In this document: positions 21,235-31,482 of the stretch, in pieces
Layout: every line of letters starts with the position of its first letter
How positions within the stretch are numbered: position 1 is the first letter of the stretch
From: Candidatus Moraniibacteriota bacterium
GTDB taxonomy: Bacteria; Patescibacteriota; Minisyncoccia; Moranbacterales; DUUL01
DNA: 64,000 bases
Direction: 5' to 3'
Assembly (NCBI GenBank): GCA_041583775.1
Contig: JBFHFF010000002.1
Coordinates: forward strand, 64,274 to 128,273
Notes under the pieces: model-generated
What the model was told of the DNA's origin: nothing
Database searches by the model: none
What the model saw: only the letters and a program-made list of their open reading frames with translations
Made by a program: the position numbers and the translations under genes

Positions 21235-21862
21235 AACTTTCTAGGTCCTCAATTAGCAATTTATGGTTATCCATCCCTCTTTGATTCATTATCTCACAAG
21301 GAAGGGTAAGTAGTCCAGGAGTCAAACCATCTTCAAATTGTTCCGTAGAAAGTCCCCCTCTATACTCAAAGTGAGGATCATCCACCTGCTCAAGCCCACA
21401 AAAATTAGCTATTCTTCCCAGTCGTTTCCAGTTAACATAATATCCTCTCCATCTATCAACCACATCAACCGCATAACCATAATTATGCATACTTTTACCA
21501 GGAACTGCCCAACTAACTATACTTCCATTTTCAACTCTCCCTTGACTATATATTTGATCTTGCTCGTCTAATGAGCGAAATCCCGAGGTAATTCGCAGTG
21601 TATAGCCATATAAATTTGCTGTTGGAATAAAGCACTTATTGACTTGGTTTAAGAAATTTCGATTGATTTCAGTTGGCATTACCACTTCTCTTGAAATTGT
21701 TTCGGTTATTATTTTTCTCTCAATAGAAGCATTTAGCAATGCCAATTCTCGTATCAATCTTTTTTGTACAAACAAATTTATTCCAAAAACAATGGTCAAA
21801 CAAAAAATCACAAAAAAAATAAAAAACCAGCTCACCCTACCTTTTTTAATAATCATAAACAC
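21203..21862 (-). CDS. Peptidase M15 family (VanY-like D-Ala-D-Ala carboxypeptidase / LAS metallopeptidase)
   Basis: SGFRSLDEQDQIY ... AVPGKSMHNYGYAVDV, the characteristic M15 signature. N-terminal TM. Confidence 0.65.
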   Translation of the reverse strand: MFMIIKKGRVSWFFIFFVIFCLTIVFGINLFVQKRLIRELALLNASIERKIITETISREVVMPTEINRNFLNQVNKCFIPTANLYGYTLRITSGFRSLDEQDQIYSQGRVENGSIVSWAVPGKSMHNYGYAVDVVDRWRGYYVNWKRLGRIANFCGLEQVDDPHFEYRGGLSTEQFEDGLTPGLLTLPCEIMNQRGMDNHKLLIEDLESCGAPNFWGSI

Positions 21863-21933
21863 TCTTAAATAATATTATGCATTACCCATGGTACTTCAAA
21901 CCCTCTTTTAACACAATAAAAATAAGCTTATTC

Positions 21934-22518
21934 TCACTTATTCTTCGATAAAAGTTTGATTATTTTATAAACAATATATAAGCCCAATAAAGCAAATATT
22001 ATGGATGCCGTATAATCAAGAATAAGACTTATTATTTCTTGCCAAGTTTCACGAAAATAATAACCAATAAAAACATAGAAGAAACAATAAACAATCTCTC
22101 CTAAAATAATGGCCTTCAAAAAAGTCTCCTTTTTTATATTTTGTAAACCACTAAAATAATTAACATATGGTCCTATTCCAGAAAACAAAAATCGTGTCAA
22201 AAAAACTGTATGGTACGAATATCTATTAAACAATTTTTGTACAACAATTCTCTTCTTTTCCATCCACCCAATTTTCTCAATCATCGGATTGATTTTTTTT
22301 CTAAAATACCGTGCTGCTGAATATGCTCCGTAGTCTCCAGAAATCGTTGCTGACAAAGAAAGTGCCACCAAAAGAATTGCATCGTTCCAATCACTTGTAG
22401 CTGAAGCAAAGGAGACAATCAAAACTAATGCTCCTGTTGGAATAGCAAAAGATGCTAAAAAAACTAACAAGAAGAAATATACCAAATAATACATATCTAG
22501 TGAAAAGATATCTATCAT
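21934..22518 (-). CDS. DedA/SNARE-associated family membrane protein
   Basis: FLTRFLFSGIGPYVNYFSGLQNIKKETFL resembles the DedA core. Confidence 0.45.
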   Translation of the reverse strand: MIDIFSLDMYYLVYFFLLVFLASFAIPTGALVLIVSFASATSDWNDAILLVALSLSATISGDYGAYSAARYFRKKINPMIEKIGWMEKKRIVVQKLFNRYSYHTVFLTRFLFSGIGPYVNYFSGLQNIKKETFLKAIILGEIVYCFFYVFIGYYFRETWQEIISLILDYTASIIFALLGLYIVYKIIKLLSKNK

Positions 22519-22841
22519 CTGGTTATTTTTTTATTCAAATTATCAATTACAATATCGCAATCAAGTTTATTTTTTTTACACACCTGATTAATGGTATAGC
22601 GTTGATTCCAATGATTGTTGGGCAATTGTAATTCTTTATATATTTCATTTTCTGATATGCCAAATTTTTTTATTACAAATCCAATTGGCATATCCTTCTC
22701 AATTTTCTGCAATGTTTTAAAATTTTCGAACTCTCTATGCTCTTTTCTTGCTTGTAATAAAAAAAGAGTTGATAAAAAAATCAATAAAACAAAAGCTACG
22801 AAATATACACCAATTTTAAAATATAATTTATTAAATTTCAA
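22515..22841 (-). CDS. Small membrane-anchored hypothetical protein
   Basis: Single N-terminal TM. Start/stop overlap with the upstream gene. Confidence 0.35.
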   Translation of the reverse strand: MKFNKLYFKIGVYFVAFVLLIFLSTLFLLQARKEHREFENFKTLQKIEKDMPIGFVIKKFGISENEIYKELQLPNNHWNQRYTINQVCKKNKLDCDIVIDNLNKKITR

Positions 22842-22978
22842 AATATTATTATTAATTATAATTCTTTTTATTATTTTCTATTTACACAATAATACAAAAT
22901 TTTTATTTTATAAACAAAGCCCACTCCCAATGTACACATCCTATGTTTAATAAAATGGTTTACAAAAAATACTCGCTG

Positions 22979-23623
22979 TTACACTTTCAATCTAAAAGCT
23001 ATTATATTTTTCGCTTTTTCATTTGGATATGCCCAAGCTTTTTCAAATAATTCAAAGTCTACTTTATGATTTTCTCTGCCAGGAAGCCCTGGGTCATTTA
23101 TAATAAAACCTTGCTTATCAAAACCTTTGATAACAATAAAATGTCCTACATATCCTGCTTCTCTATTTAAGGCTCTCGAGTTTACATTTACAATAATTGA
23201 ATAATCATCTACCAATAATTGTTTTATTTTATCTACCTTTGGGATTTTTCTCTCTATTTTAATCTGTTTGATAAACTTCTTTGCTATATTCAATTCTTGA
23301 TCGATATCACTATGTTTTATCTGCTCATTACCAATGTTTTCGCCATATTCTTCTATTAGGTATTGACTGCCTATTTTAATGAATTTACTATAATCAAAGT
23401 TTTCAATGTTTTTCACCTCTAGCCCATTTTTTTCCAGCCAGATCAATCCCGCCATTGGCCAAGTCCAAAAACCAGAGACTTTTTTAGTTATTTTATCTAG
23501 TTTCTCCCAGGAATAATTATTTTCAGGCCAGAAATATTTCATGACCATTTTCAAAGAGGCTTGAAAACAGTGCATCCCATCTTCTGCATTTGCACAAAAA
23601 GGAATTTCTTTGTAGCTCTCCAT
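22979..23623 (-). CDS. Peptidase C39-like (papain-fold) domain protein
   Basis: CANAEDGMHCFQASLKMV (Cys region) and GHFIVIKGFD (His region). Confidence 0.45.
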   Translation of the reverse strand: MESYKEIPFCANAEDGMHCFQASLKMVMKYFWPENNYSWEKLDKITKKVSGFWTWPMAGLIWLEKNGLEVKNIENFDYSKFIKIGSQYLIEEYGENIGNEQIKHSDIDQELNIAKKFIKQIKIERKIPKVDKIKQLLVDDYSIIVNVNSRALNREAGYVGHFIVIKGFDKQGFIINDPGLPGRENHKVDFELFEKAWAYPNEKAKNIIAFRLKV

Positions 23624-23735
23624 AGATTTAAAAATATTTATTACTTTCTCATACTAGCAACAAATAAAAGTAATTTCCAGCTTTCTCTGAGCTGACTAAA
23701 AAAAGAAATATGCAAAGCTTCTTTTTGTGTATTTG

Positions 23736-24248
23736 TTATATTTTTCTGCTGTCATATGCCCAATGCAAAAGTGCTTGTCTTTGTTTTTGTCTACAATATA
23801 AATCACCAGGAAAGCAGTTTTTCTTGACTGCGCCAAGATGTCTCTTGAAAGCTCTCCAGCGTTTTATCTGTCTTCTGTCATCTGAGTGTCTCCTCCCCAT
23901 ATAATATCGGCAATACCATTGAAACCAACCTCTTGGGTCATCAGGGTGAATCCAATCTTTCTCTTGCCAAACCTTGAGAGGCTGAGATGCATCAACTCCA
24001 AAAAAATTAAGTTCTTTGCTATGCCCAGGAAATCCTTTTGGATGTAATTTCGCTTTTTTAAACCAATCGTTGGGAAACTCTTTTCTACAATCGCGTAAAT
24101 ACCTCCCCCCAAAAACACCTATCCTTAGCATTTCTTTCGGAGTTAGTTCCGGCCGAAACTCAGAATCAAAATTTTCACCTCTCTTTTCCGAGAGATAATA
24201 AACATACTTTATCTGCATTTTATCATTAACAACGACCTTTTTTAACAT
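23736..24248 (-). CDS. Conserved hypothetical protein, Arg/Trp/Tyr-rich
   Basis: Open frame of 170 aa containing GWFQWYCRYYMGRR. Family not identified. Confidence 0.4.
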   Translation of the reverse strand: MLKKVVVNDKMQIKYVYYLSEKRGENFDSEFRPELTPKEMLRIGVFGGRYLRDCRKEFPNDWFKKAKLHPKGFPGHSKELNFFGVDASQPLKVWQEKDWIHPDDPRGWFQWYCRYYMGRRHSDDRRQIKRWRAFKRHLGAVKKNCFPGDLYCRQKQRQALLHWAYDSRKI

Positions 24249-24261
24249 TCAAATTTTTAAA

Positions 24262-24657
24262 TTAACTGTTTAAGTATGTAATTGTAAGCTGAAGAACTGT
24301 AGCAAATAAAACCCACAAAAGATATGGAATATTTATAAGAGCAACCCATTTTGCATATGGATAAATGGCGATCATCGCCCAAATAAGAGTTGCTAATACT
24401 AATAATATATCCATACTAGCCAAAAGATTGTTTTTTAAACCAAATTGAATAGGCGTAAAAGCAAAATTAAAAACTAAATTCAAAATAAAGGGCAAAAGAA
24501 CTATAAAAGCTATGCTTTTTCTAAAAAATAATACAGCAACATACCCGAAAGAAATAGCAATGACGACATACAGAAAAGTCCAAACAGGACCAAACAGCCA
24601 GGAAGGTGGTGACCAAGTGGGTTTTGTTAATTGTTGATACCAATTGAAATTATTCAT
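24262..24657 (-). CDS. tspO: TspO/MBR family tryptophan-rich membrane protein
   Basis: WYQQLTKPTWSPPSWLFGPVWTFLY signature. 4-5 TM helices. Confidence 0.6.
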   Translation of the reverse strand: MNNFNWYQQLTKPTWSPPSWLFGPVWTFLYVVIAISFGYVAVLFFRKSIAFIVLLPFILNLVFNFAFTPIQFGLKNNLLASMDILLVLATLIWAMIAIYPYAKWVALINIPYLLWVLFATVLQLTITYLNS

Positions 24658-24699
24658 AAGTATTTTTTCTTATTTTTTTAAATTTTAAAATTACACAAA

Positions 24700-25578
24700 C
24701 TATGTCTTCCAATATTCCTTTTTTCTATCGTCTTCAGCCTGTGACAAAAGACTTTGAGGATATGGATTGAAAAATTTTTGATCTAATAGGTCTTTTTCTT
24801 TTATTAGCAGTTTCGAAACTTCCTTCAATGTTTCAAGACTGATTTTATTCTCCTTATACCTCGATAAAATTTCTTCGTTTTTCGCTAGAAGTTTCTTAAA
24901 AAATAAGTAGATATTTTCACTTGAAGGGGGAACTTTCATTATTTTTCTAACTAACTCAAAGTAATTCTTTTTGTTTATGTCTAATTTTTTTGAAAGTTCT
25001 TGATTGTAAAATTCCAATAATAGTTTATTTCTTTGATTAAAACTTTTTAAATCATTTTTTTTAAAGGAATTTCGATAATCCGAAAACAAAAAAATTTGTG
25101 TTAAAAAATGATCTCTGATTTTTTTATTTCTGAGCCTGTCTTCCTCTTCAATTGGATAATTATTAAACTTTTCTGCAATCTTACTGGCAAAAAATCCCCC
25201 ACATCTATCAACCACTGGAGAACCTTTCATTCCTGAATATACTTTAATGTTTGACATTCCCATAGTTGGGGACTTTGATTTAAAAATAAATCCATCAACC
25301 TCACCCAGCTTGTTTGTAAAGTTTTCTGAAAATTTATTCATCTCCTCTGTAACATCCCTGTTTGTACCATGTTGCACCAATCTTTGTTCTCCATTTTTCT
25401 TAACTATTCTTATGGGATTCCTTGGAACTCCCAATCCAATCTCATATTCAGGACAAACTTTTATATACTCTACAAAAGGATTAAGGTCTTTTACTATTTG
25501 CGAGGGGACTGATTGTCCATTATATCTAACCTTTTCAAACTCTAAACATGCGCTTATCAAAACTATTGGCTTTTTCAT
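24700..25578 (-). CDS. DUF523 (TudS-like, putative Fe-S thionucleobase desulfidase) plus DUF1722 two-domain protein
   Basis: N-terminal KKPIVLISACLEFEKVRYNG with further Cys at KVCPEY and DRCGGFF. Confidence 0.5.
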   Translation of the reverse strand: MKKPIVLISACLEFEKVRYNGQSVPSQIVKDLNPFVEYIKVCPEYEIGLGVPRNPIRIVKKNGEQRLVQHGTNRDVTEEMNKFSENFTNKLGEVDGFIFKSKSPTMGMSNIKVYSGMKGSPVVDRCGGFFASKIAEKFNNYPIEEEDRLRNKKIRDHFLTQIFLFSDYRNSFKKNDLKSFNQRNKLLLEFYNQELSKKLDINKKNYFELVRKIMKVPPSSENIYLFFKKLLAKNEEILSRYKENKISLETLKEVSKLLIKEKDLLDQKFFNPYPQSLLSQAEDDRKKEYWKT

Positions 25579-25632
25579 TAGAGTTTTATTAAAGAATAAT
25601 TAAAATTTTTTACTTACACAATAAAAATAAAA

Positions 25633-26397
25633 CTATTTTATAAAGAAATTAGGAAACATAGCTGGAGTTTTCTTTGCATACTCAATGAACTCCTTATTGT
25701 CTTTATACCTCTGTTCGGCCATTGGGACACCCGAAACAAACCTAAGTAGAATTGTTATTGTTAAAGGACTTATAATTCCAATCCAAAAATATTCAACTCC
25801 CCAGGTCGTTATAAATATTCCCCACCAAAGAACTGCTTCTCCGAAATAATTTGGATGACGCGTATATTTCCAAAGCCCACTTACCATTATTTCTTTCGAA
25901 TCTTTTCTTTCTGCAATAAATTTTTTCAATTGTCTATCCCCTATCATTTCAAAACAAAAACCAAAAAACCAAATCAATACTCCTATAATATTTATATAAC
26001 CAAAACCGCCTTGGTCAAATTTTGTTGCAACAAGAACAGCAGTTGAAACAAACACTAGAAGAATTCCTTGAAGCATAAACACTCTAGCCCAAGAATTCAA
26101 ATTCTGAGAACCTTTCCATGAATCACGCATCTTCTGATAGCGATGCTCTTCCCTTTTTTTATTCAAAAATCTCTTTCCTATATGGAGAGCAAGTCTAGCT
26201 CCCCATATAAAAACTAAAAGTGCAATAACCAAAGTCTTAGAAGTGGGATTGTAAAAAGCTCCAATAATAGCGATTATAAAAAAACCCAGTCCCCAAGCAA
26301 CATCGGCTATATCATTTCTCTTTTTAATAACAGCATAAAGAAAGCATGCGTTAAAGAAGATAAAAAGTGACAATATTTGGACCAAAAAAACATTCAT
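25633..26397 (-). CDS. DUF1295 / ICMT-steroid-reductase-like membrane methyltransferase-fold protein
   Basis: [18 protein letters not shown] motif. Polytopic. Confidence 0.55.
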   Translation of the reverse strand: MNVFLVQILSLFIFFNACFLYAVIKKRNDIADVAWGLGFFIIAIIGAFYNPTSKTLVIALLVFIWGARLALHIGKRFLNKKREEHRYQKMRDSWKGSQNLNSWARVFMLQGILLVFVSTAVLVATKFDQGGFGYINIIGVLIWFFGFCFEMIGDRQLKKFIAERKDSKEIMVSGLWKYTRHPNYFGEAVLWWGIFITTWGVEYFWIGIISPLTITILLRFVSGVPMAEQRYKDNKEFIEYAKKTPAMFPNFFIK

Positions 26398-26402
26398 TTT
26401 GT

Positions 26403-26810
26403 TTATACAAAATTCTTACCAATGAAATATGCAAGGAATGAAACTGAGCCTGAAAGAAGCACTCCCCAAATAATATCAATAATAACAATTTTCCACGGCC
26501 AGTCCTTTAAGATTGCTAAATTTGTAAGATCAAATGTCATATAAGTAAAGAATCCAAACATTGCCCCATAAATAAGCGCGTAAGACCAAGAATTGTTCTT
26601 AACTGCTGGATAAATTGCAAAAACAACAAGACCAGAAACAAAAATTAAATAAAAGATAATGGCAGCTGTCCAATTTGGCGTCGAAAGCATAAGATGTCCA
26701 ATATATTTTTTATATATCCCTTTGGCTAAAACGCCCAACCAAACAAGGTCTATCAGAAAAAATATTGAAACTGCAACTAAATAAAGTTTTATAAAATCAA
26801 TTATTATCAT
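26403..26810 (-). CDS. Small integral membrane protein (DUF2177-like)
   Basis: 4 TM helices, 135 aa. Confidence 0.35.
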   Translation of the reverse strand: MIIIDFIKLYLVAVSIFFLIDLVWLGVLAKGIYKKYIGHLMLSTPNWTAAIIFYLIFVSGLVVFAIYPAVKNNSWSYALIYGAMFGFFTYMTFDLTNLAILKDWPWKIVIIDIIWGVLLSGSVSFLAYFIGKNFV

Positions 26811-26922
26811 ATTTTTAAAATAAGATAATTAACTTTTAAGAAACTACACTAGGCTTAATATTTAGTTCTATGTTTATATTATAAACTTATTTCCGCTATT
26901 ACTCAAATAAAAAAACTTTACT

Positions 26923-27930
26923 TTATCTTCTCTCTAAATTTATATTGCATTCAGGACATTTTAAACTGGAACAAGGAATTCCTTTTTTATGCAAGATATG
27001 ATAAGTACATTTTGGACAAATACAATCTCCTTCTGGTCCCTGTTCAGCAGCCTCTTTAATAACACCTTTGAACCTTCCCTTCCCTTGCCAAGAAAAACTT
27101 TTTCCAAGACTTGGCTTATAAAAACTATTTTCAATTTCATGGCTGACAATCTGAATAACAACATATTGCAAACTTTCGATTCCGGTTATTAATTTTTTTC
27201 TTAATACATCAGATATTTTAGTTGCTTCTTCTATTTTTAGATTGCTAGCAAGATTTATTTCTAAATTAGCGGTTATTGCAGAGCCTTTTCTTTGAGTTTT
27301 AAGTGAATCAATTTCAATATTTTCTTCTTTTACAATCGATTTAATTTTATTTTCTATTTCTTCGCCAGCAGAAACATCCAATAAAGAATCAACCGCTTCC
27401 TTTCCAGTCGAAAAAGATTCTTTTATTATATACAACCCCATTAACATAGCTAAAAGTGCATCTGCATAAATCCAATATGATGTTAGAAATAAACCAACTA
27501 ATATCACCAAGGATGTATATACATCAAGTCTTGAATGCGCACCATCTGATAGCAAACTTATTGAATTTTCTTTTTTACCATAATAAGTTTTGATTCTTGC
27601 CATTATCTCGTTTACGATGCTGGAAAAGATCATTATTCCGAAAGATAAATAACCTATATCAATCTTTTGTGGTTCAAAAAAATTTTTAAAAGCATCATAA
27701 ATAATACCGATGCCAGTTATTAAAATAATTAATGTAATAATAACGCCGCTTAAAACTTCAAATTTATAATGTCCATAAGGATGCTCTTTATCAGCTGGTT
27801 TTCCTGCTATTTTTATTCCAAAATAGCTAATAAATGAAGAAAAAATATCCACAAAAGAATCCACCCCTGCTGCTAAAATTGCTGCAGAATTAGAAAAAAT
27901 ACCCAAAGTAATTTTCCCAATTGCTAACAA
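26923..27930 (-). CDS. Cation diffusion facilitator (CDF) family metal efflux transporter with a C-terminal Cys-rich tail
   Basis: HPYGHYKFEVL and TM-domain Asp/His pairs. Tail is CICPKCTYHILHKKGIPCSSLKCPECN. The true start may be upstream at a non-ATG codon. Confidence 0.65.
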   Translation of the reverse strand: MLAIGKITLGIFSNSAAILAAGVDSFVDIFSSFISYFGIKIAGKPADKEHPYGHYKFEVLSGVIITLIILITGIGIIYDAFKNFFEPQKIDIGYLSFGIMIFSSIVNEIMARIKTYYGKKENSISLLSDGAHSRLDVYTSLVILVGLFLTSYWIYADALLAMLMGLYIIKESFSTGKEAVDSLLDVSAGEEIENKIKSIVKEENIEIDSLKTQRKGSAITANLEINLASNLKIEEATKISDVLRKKLITGIESLQYVVIQIVSHEIENSFYKPSLGKSFSWQGKGRFKGVIKEAAEQGPEGDCICPKCTYHILHKKGIPCSSLKCPECNINLERR

Positions 27931-27968
27931 TATATTAACTGCTATTGATAGAATTGCGACTCTTTCTT

Positions 27969-28841
27969 TTATTTTGCGAATTTATTTACCTGTTTAATGA
28001 TTCCTTGAAATAATTTTTTATATTCAGGATTAATTTCAATGACTGGTTTCATTTTAATTGTCGAGTTAACAAAATCCTTCCTATAAGGAATTTTGCCCAA
28101 TATCGGAACTCCATTTTCACTAGCAAACTTTTCTATTTCCAAGAAAAAACTTTCATCCAAATCATATTTGTTTATCACAATTCCGTGCTTTATTTTAAAA
28201 TGACGGGCAAGATACAAAACTCTTTTCAAATCATGAAGTGCAGACGGTGTTGGTTCAGTTACAGCAACAATATAGTCTGTACCAACCAAAGAAGCAATCA
28301 CCGGACAACCAACTCCAGCAGAAGAATCTATTAATATTATTTCCGATTTCAACTCTCTACTTATTTTATCAGCATACTTCCTCACTTCAGCCACAATTTC
28401 ACCTGAAGCTAATTCTCCTATTTTTAATTCTCCTGAAATAAGATCCACTTTATGATTTTTTCCTATATAAATCGTACCAATCTCTTTTTTGGATTCTGAA
28501 ATAGCTTTCGTTGGACACACCACCATACAGGCTTTACAGCCGATACAAACATCTTGCACAAAAGCTGGATATTTGCCTTTAACAAAAATAATAGCATTTT
28601 GCTTACAAACATCAGCACATTTTCCACATTTTATACATTTCTTAAAATCCCATTTAGGAATAATTTGATATATTGTCTCAACTTTTTTTCTTTTAACAGA
28701 AAGCAAAAGATGATCGTTTGGACATTCTGCATCAGCATCAACTATTAATGTTTTATACTTTTGAGAAAATTCAATCGCCAAGGAGGTAGTGACCATTGAT
28801 TTTCCAGTTCCACCTTTTCCGCCAGTAATTGCTATTTTCAT
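27969..28841 (-). CDS. MinD/ParA/Mrp-type P-loop ATPase with two 4Fe-4S ferredoxin motifs
   Basis: Walker A ITGGKGGTGKS plus two CxxCxxCxxxCP clusters (CIKCGKCADVC, CIGCKACMVVCP). Confidence 0.7.
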   Translation of the reverse strand: MKIAITGGKGGTGKSMVTTSLAIEFSQKYKTLIVDADAECPNDHLLLSVKRKKVETIYQIIPKWDFKKCIKCGKCADVCKQNAIIFVKGKYPAFVQDVCIGCKACMVVCPTKAISESKKEIGTIYIGKNHKVDLISGELKIGELASGEIVAEVRKYADKISRELKSEIILIDSSAGVGCPVIASLVGTDYIVAVTEPTPSALHDLKRVLYLARHFKIKHGIVINKYDLDESFFLEIEKFASENGVPILGKIPYRKDFVNSTIKMKPVIEINPEYKKLFQGIIKQVNKFAK

Positions 28842-29197
28842 ATTTTATGTTGTTCACAAACATCTTCAAATGATGCTTTTTTGAGTTTATTATTTTTCCA
28901 TTTTTCAAAAATTTCTACTACTGTATTAGCCTCACCGCAATAAATTTCAATCCCAAATTCACCACATAAATCCAAGGCTCGTGGCCCAAGATCTTTACAC
29001 AACAAAACATTTGCACCATTTTTTTTCATCAATTCTGGCGGAAGTCCTTGTCCTCCCATATGCTCACTGGTATTATCTATTATCTCAAGAACCTTTCCAT
29101 TTTTATCTAGAAAAGTATAGGTATTACATCTGCCAAAATGTTGGGCGACTTTATTATCTAATCCATTCTTTTTGTCTGTCGGAATAACAATTTTCAT
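28838..29197 (-). CDS. NifX/NifB-C/NafY-like dinitrogenase FeMo-cofactor-binding domain protein
   Basis: AQHFGRCNTYTFLD signature of the Nitro_FeMo-Co fold. Confidence 0.6.
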   Translation of the reverse strand: MKIVIPTDKKNGLDNKVAQHFGRCNTYTFLDKNGKVLEIIDNTSEHMGGQGLPPELMKKNGANVLLCKDLGPRALDLCGEFGIEIYCGEANTVVEIFEKWKNNKLKKASFEDVCEQHKI

Positions 29198-29203
29198 ACT
29201 AAA

Positions 29204-29536
29204 TTATTTTCTAATTTTTTTATCAATAAATTTCTCTAAAACATCACCAATTACTCCTTCTTCTTTATAAACCTCAATATTAAATTGTTTCAAAACATCT
29301 AAGGCTCTAGGTCCTACGCTTTTAGCTATCACGACATCAACATCTTTCTCCACTAAAAATTTAGCAACCAACATTCCGGCTCCGCTCACCTGATTTTCAT
29401 TTTCATTTCTCAAAGACTCTGTTTTTATTATTTTCTCACCTTCAACTTCTACAACAATAAAATATGCACATCTCCCAAAAAACTCAGCTATATTATCTGA
29501 CAATTCTTTACCATTTGAACTAAATGCTACTTTCAT
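29204..29536 (-). CDS. NifX/NifB-C/NafY-like FeMo-cofactor-binding domain protein (paralog)
   Basis: AEFFGRCAYFIVVEV signature. Confidence 0.6.
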   Translation of the reverse strand: MKVAFSSNGKELSDNIAEFFGRCAYFIVVEVEGEKIIKTESLRNENENQVSGAGMLVAKFLVEKDVDVVIAKSVGPRALDVLKQFNIEVYKEEGVIGDVLEKFIDKKIRK

Positions 29537-29857
29537 AGTTTTTTAAATTTAATTGATTAATTTCTTTTTTAGCTGAATAATAAATAAAAATATTTTTTCA
29601 AAACTATTTATTCTTATTTCCATTTTAGCACTATAAAATATTATAACAATTAAAAAATATCAAGAGATAATTCATAAGTAAAAAAATGACCAAAAAAAAT
29701 ACTCCTTTGAAATCTAAATTTTGGCTCTTCTTAACAACAAATATAATAACGAAATATTTATTGTTTTTCTTTATTTTTTTATTATTTATCTATTTATATT
29801 AATCCCAATTCAAATATAAAATTATATCTACTAAAAAATATTTTATAAAAAAACAAC

Positions 29858-29922
29858 CCCCTCGAGGAAGGCTGTCTTAAGATGCACGGGCTGTTGGATG
29901 AAGTTAGAACCTGTTTTTGTTA
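29858..29922. repeat. Intergenic repeat family, copy A: palindrome CCTCGAGG plus core GCACGGGCTGTTGGATGAAGTTAGAACCTGTTTTT
   Basis: Shares an approximately 36-nt core GCACG-N8-GGATG-WW-GTTAGAAC-YWKTTTTT with copies at 31276-31338 and 32987-33046. Confidence 0.5.
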
Positions 29923-29925
29923 TTT

Positions 29926-30249
29926 TTAACGATGATTAAGGCTTATGCTTAATTCTTTATTACTATTTTCGTCTATATAATCCTCATTAACTAAAATAAT
30001 TCTCAAATAGATCTCTCCCATTTTCCTTTCTTTTTCAAAACTAGCACTAAATTCACCGCCCTTCCATTCAAAGTCCCTTTTCCATCCAGCATTTTCTGCA
30101 ATTTCTATTACATCATTAAATGTTTGTTCGTTTTTTTCCTGATTTATAATTCTATATCTCAAAAGAATTTCTGCACATGATGGTTTTCCTAAAGTTTTTC
30201 CTTCAGGCATTTCAAATTTCCTAATCAGCTCTGTATTATTATATGTCAT
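29926..30249 (-). CDS. Hypothetical protein
   Basis: Open frame of 107 aa; no motif. Confidence 0.35.
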   Translation of the reverse strand: MTYNNTELIRKFEMPEGKTLGKPSCAEILLRYRIINQEKNEQTFNDVIEIAENAGWKRDFEWKGGEFSASFEKERKMGEIYLRIILVNEDYIDENSNKELSISLNHR

Positions 30250-30621
30250 ATTAACAAAAGGATCACCTTTAAGTGATTTCAGTTTTAGTTTATAAAATGA
30301 GCTGAATAAAAATATTCCGATAAAAATTGTAATTATAAAGAGAATACTAATTATAATTTTTGTTTTTTACCTTTCATTTTGTTTTCTTGAAAATCAAAAA
30401 TAAAATCATAATAATAGAAATTATTGTTAAAAATCCTGCTATAAGTATTACGCCCATACTGAAACCTGTATAGCAAAGAAAACTTGTTTCGGGGTTATTT
30501 TCCACACAAGGATATAATATTTTTCCTAAAAACCCATCTTTATTTTCAAAAAATGCAACCAAAACTGATATTACCAAAACTACTAATCATATAATAATCT
30601 TTCTATTCATAATAAATTATT

Positions 30622-31221
30622 TTATGGATTTACATACTCTCCCGGATTATATTCATAATTATCCAGCTCTGAACAATCTACTTCTTGTTTGGTCGGTCTA
30701 TGTATGTAACAATTGGTTCTCTTACCAATACAATTTTCTCCTGCTAAAAAATTAGATTTTATTAGACCTGTGCAATCACAGGAATACATCGTAGCCCCCT
30801 TCATTCTACCTACGCATTTTTTTGAAGGAATAAAAGTTGTTCCAACTTGTAATAGTAAAATAAAAATTGGAATTAAATAAAATATTTTTCTTTTTAATTT
30901 CCAAACAACTAATGTAACAGATAAAAAATATGCAAAAAACAAGAGCGGAGAAATATATTGAACTGAGCCAGCTGAAGTAAATAAAAAAATGATTAGACCT
31001 AGAATATAAAATAAAATTGATATTAGCAGTTTACCTGTTTTTATTCTATCTTTTTTCACAACCCAATAAACAACTCCGAGTAAAACAATTTGAGACACCA
31101 AAGAATTAAATGCCCCTGAATAAAATATTTTTAGTGAATTACCAAAAAAACCGCTTAAAATAAATAAAACGAAATTTATAGTTAAATAAATTATTAAGAA
31201 ATCAATTATTTTTTTATTCAT
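30622..31221 (-). CDS. Membrane protein with Cys-rich C-terminal extracytoplasmic tail
   Basis: 4-5 TM helices, then CVGRMKGATMYSCDCTG...CIGKRTNCYIH...CSELD. Confidence 0.4.
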   Translation of the reverse strand: MNKKIIDFLIIYLTINFVLFILSGFFGNSLKIFYSGAFNSLVSQIVLLGVVYWVVKKDRIKTGKLLISILFYILGLIIFLFTSAGSVQYISPLLFFAYFLSVTLVVWKLKRKIFYLIPIFILLLQVGTTFIPSKKCVGRMKGATMYSCDCTGLIKSNFLAGENCIGKRTNCYIHRPTKQEVDCSELDNYEYNPGEYVNP

Positions 31222-31275
31222 ACACTAATTATATCACAAAAGATTCTGACTTCCTACTGTCCCCATAAAAAATAA

Positions 31276-31338
31276 GGCTCTTTCAAGCCTTAAATTTAAC
31301 CGCACGCCATAGTAAAGGATGTTAGAACTATTTTTATG
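31276..31338. repeat. Intergenic repeat family, copy B: hairpin GGCTctttcaAGCC plus core GCACGCCATAGTAAAGGATGTTAGAACTATTTTTAT
   Basis: See copy A. Confidence 0.5.
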
Positions 31339-31482
31339 AATAAGAAAGAATATGTTTATATTCCGGATTTAAGATAATATAAAAACTATAATTCTTTTTA
31401 GAGAAATAAAAAAATTATATTATTGATAAATAAAGAATAAATTTAAAAAATTAATTTCAATTGAAGACATAATTAATTCTTC

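Noticed and set aside
29540-29857. 390-nt AT-rich gene-free spacer considered as a replication origin
   Set aside because: No dnaA gene or DnaA-box pattern recognisable. More likely an island boundary or promoter desert.
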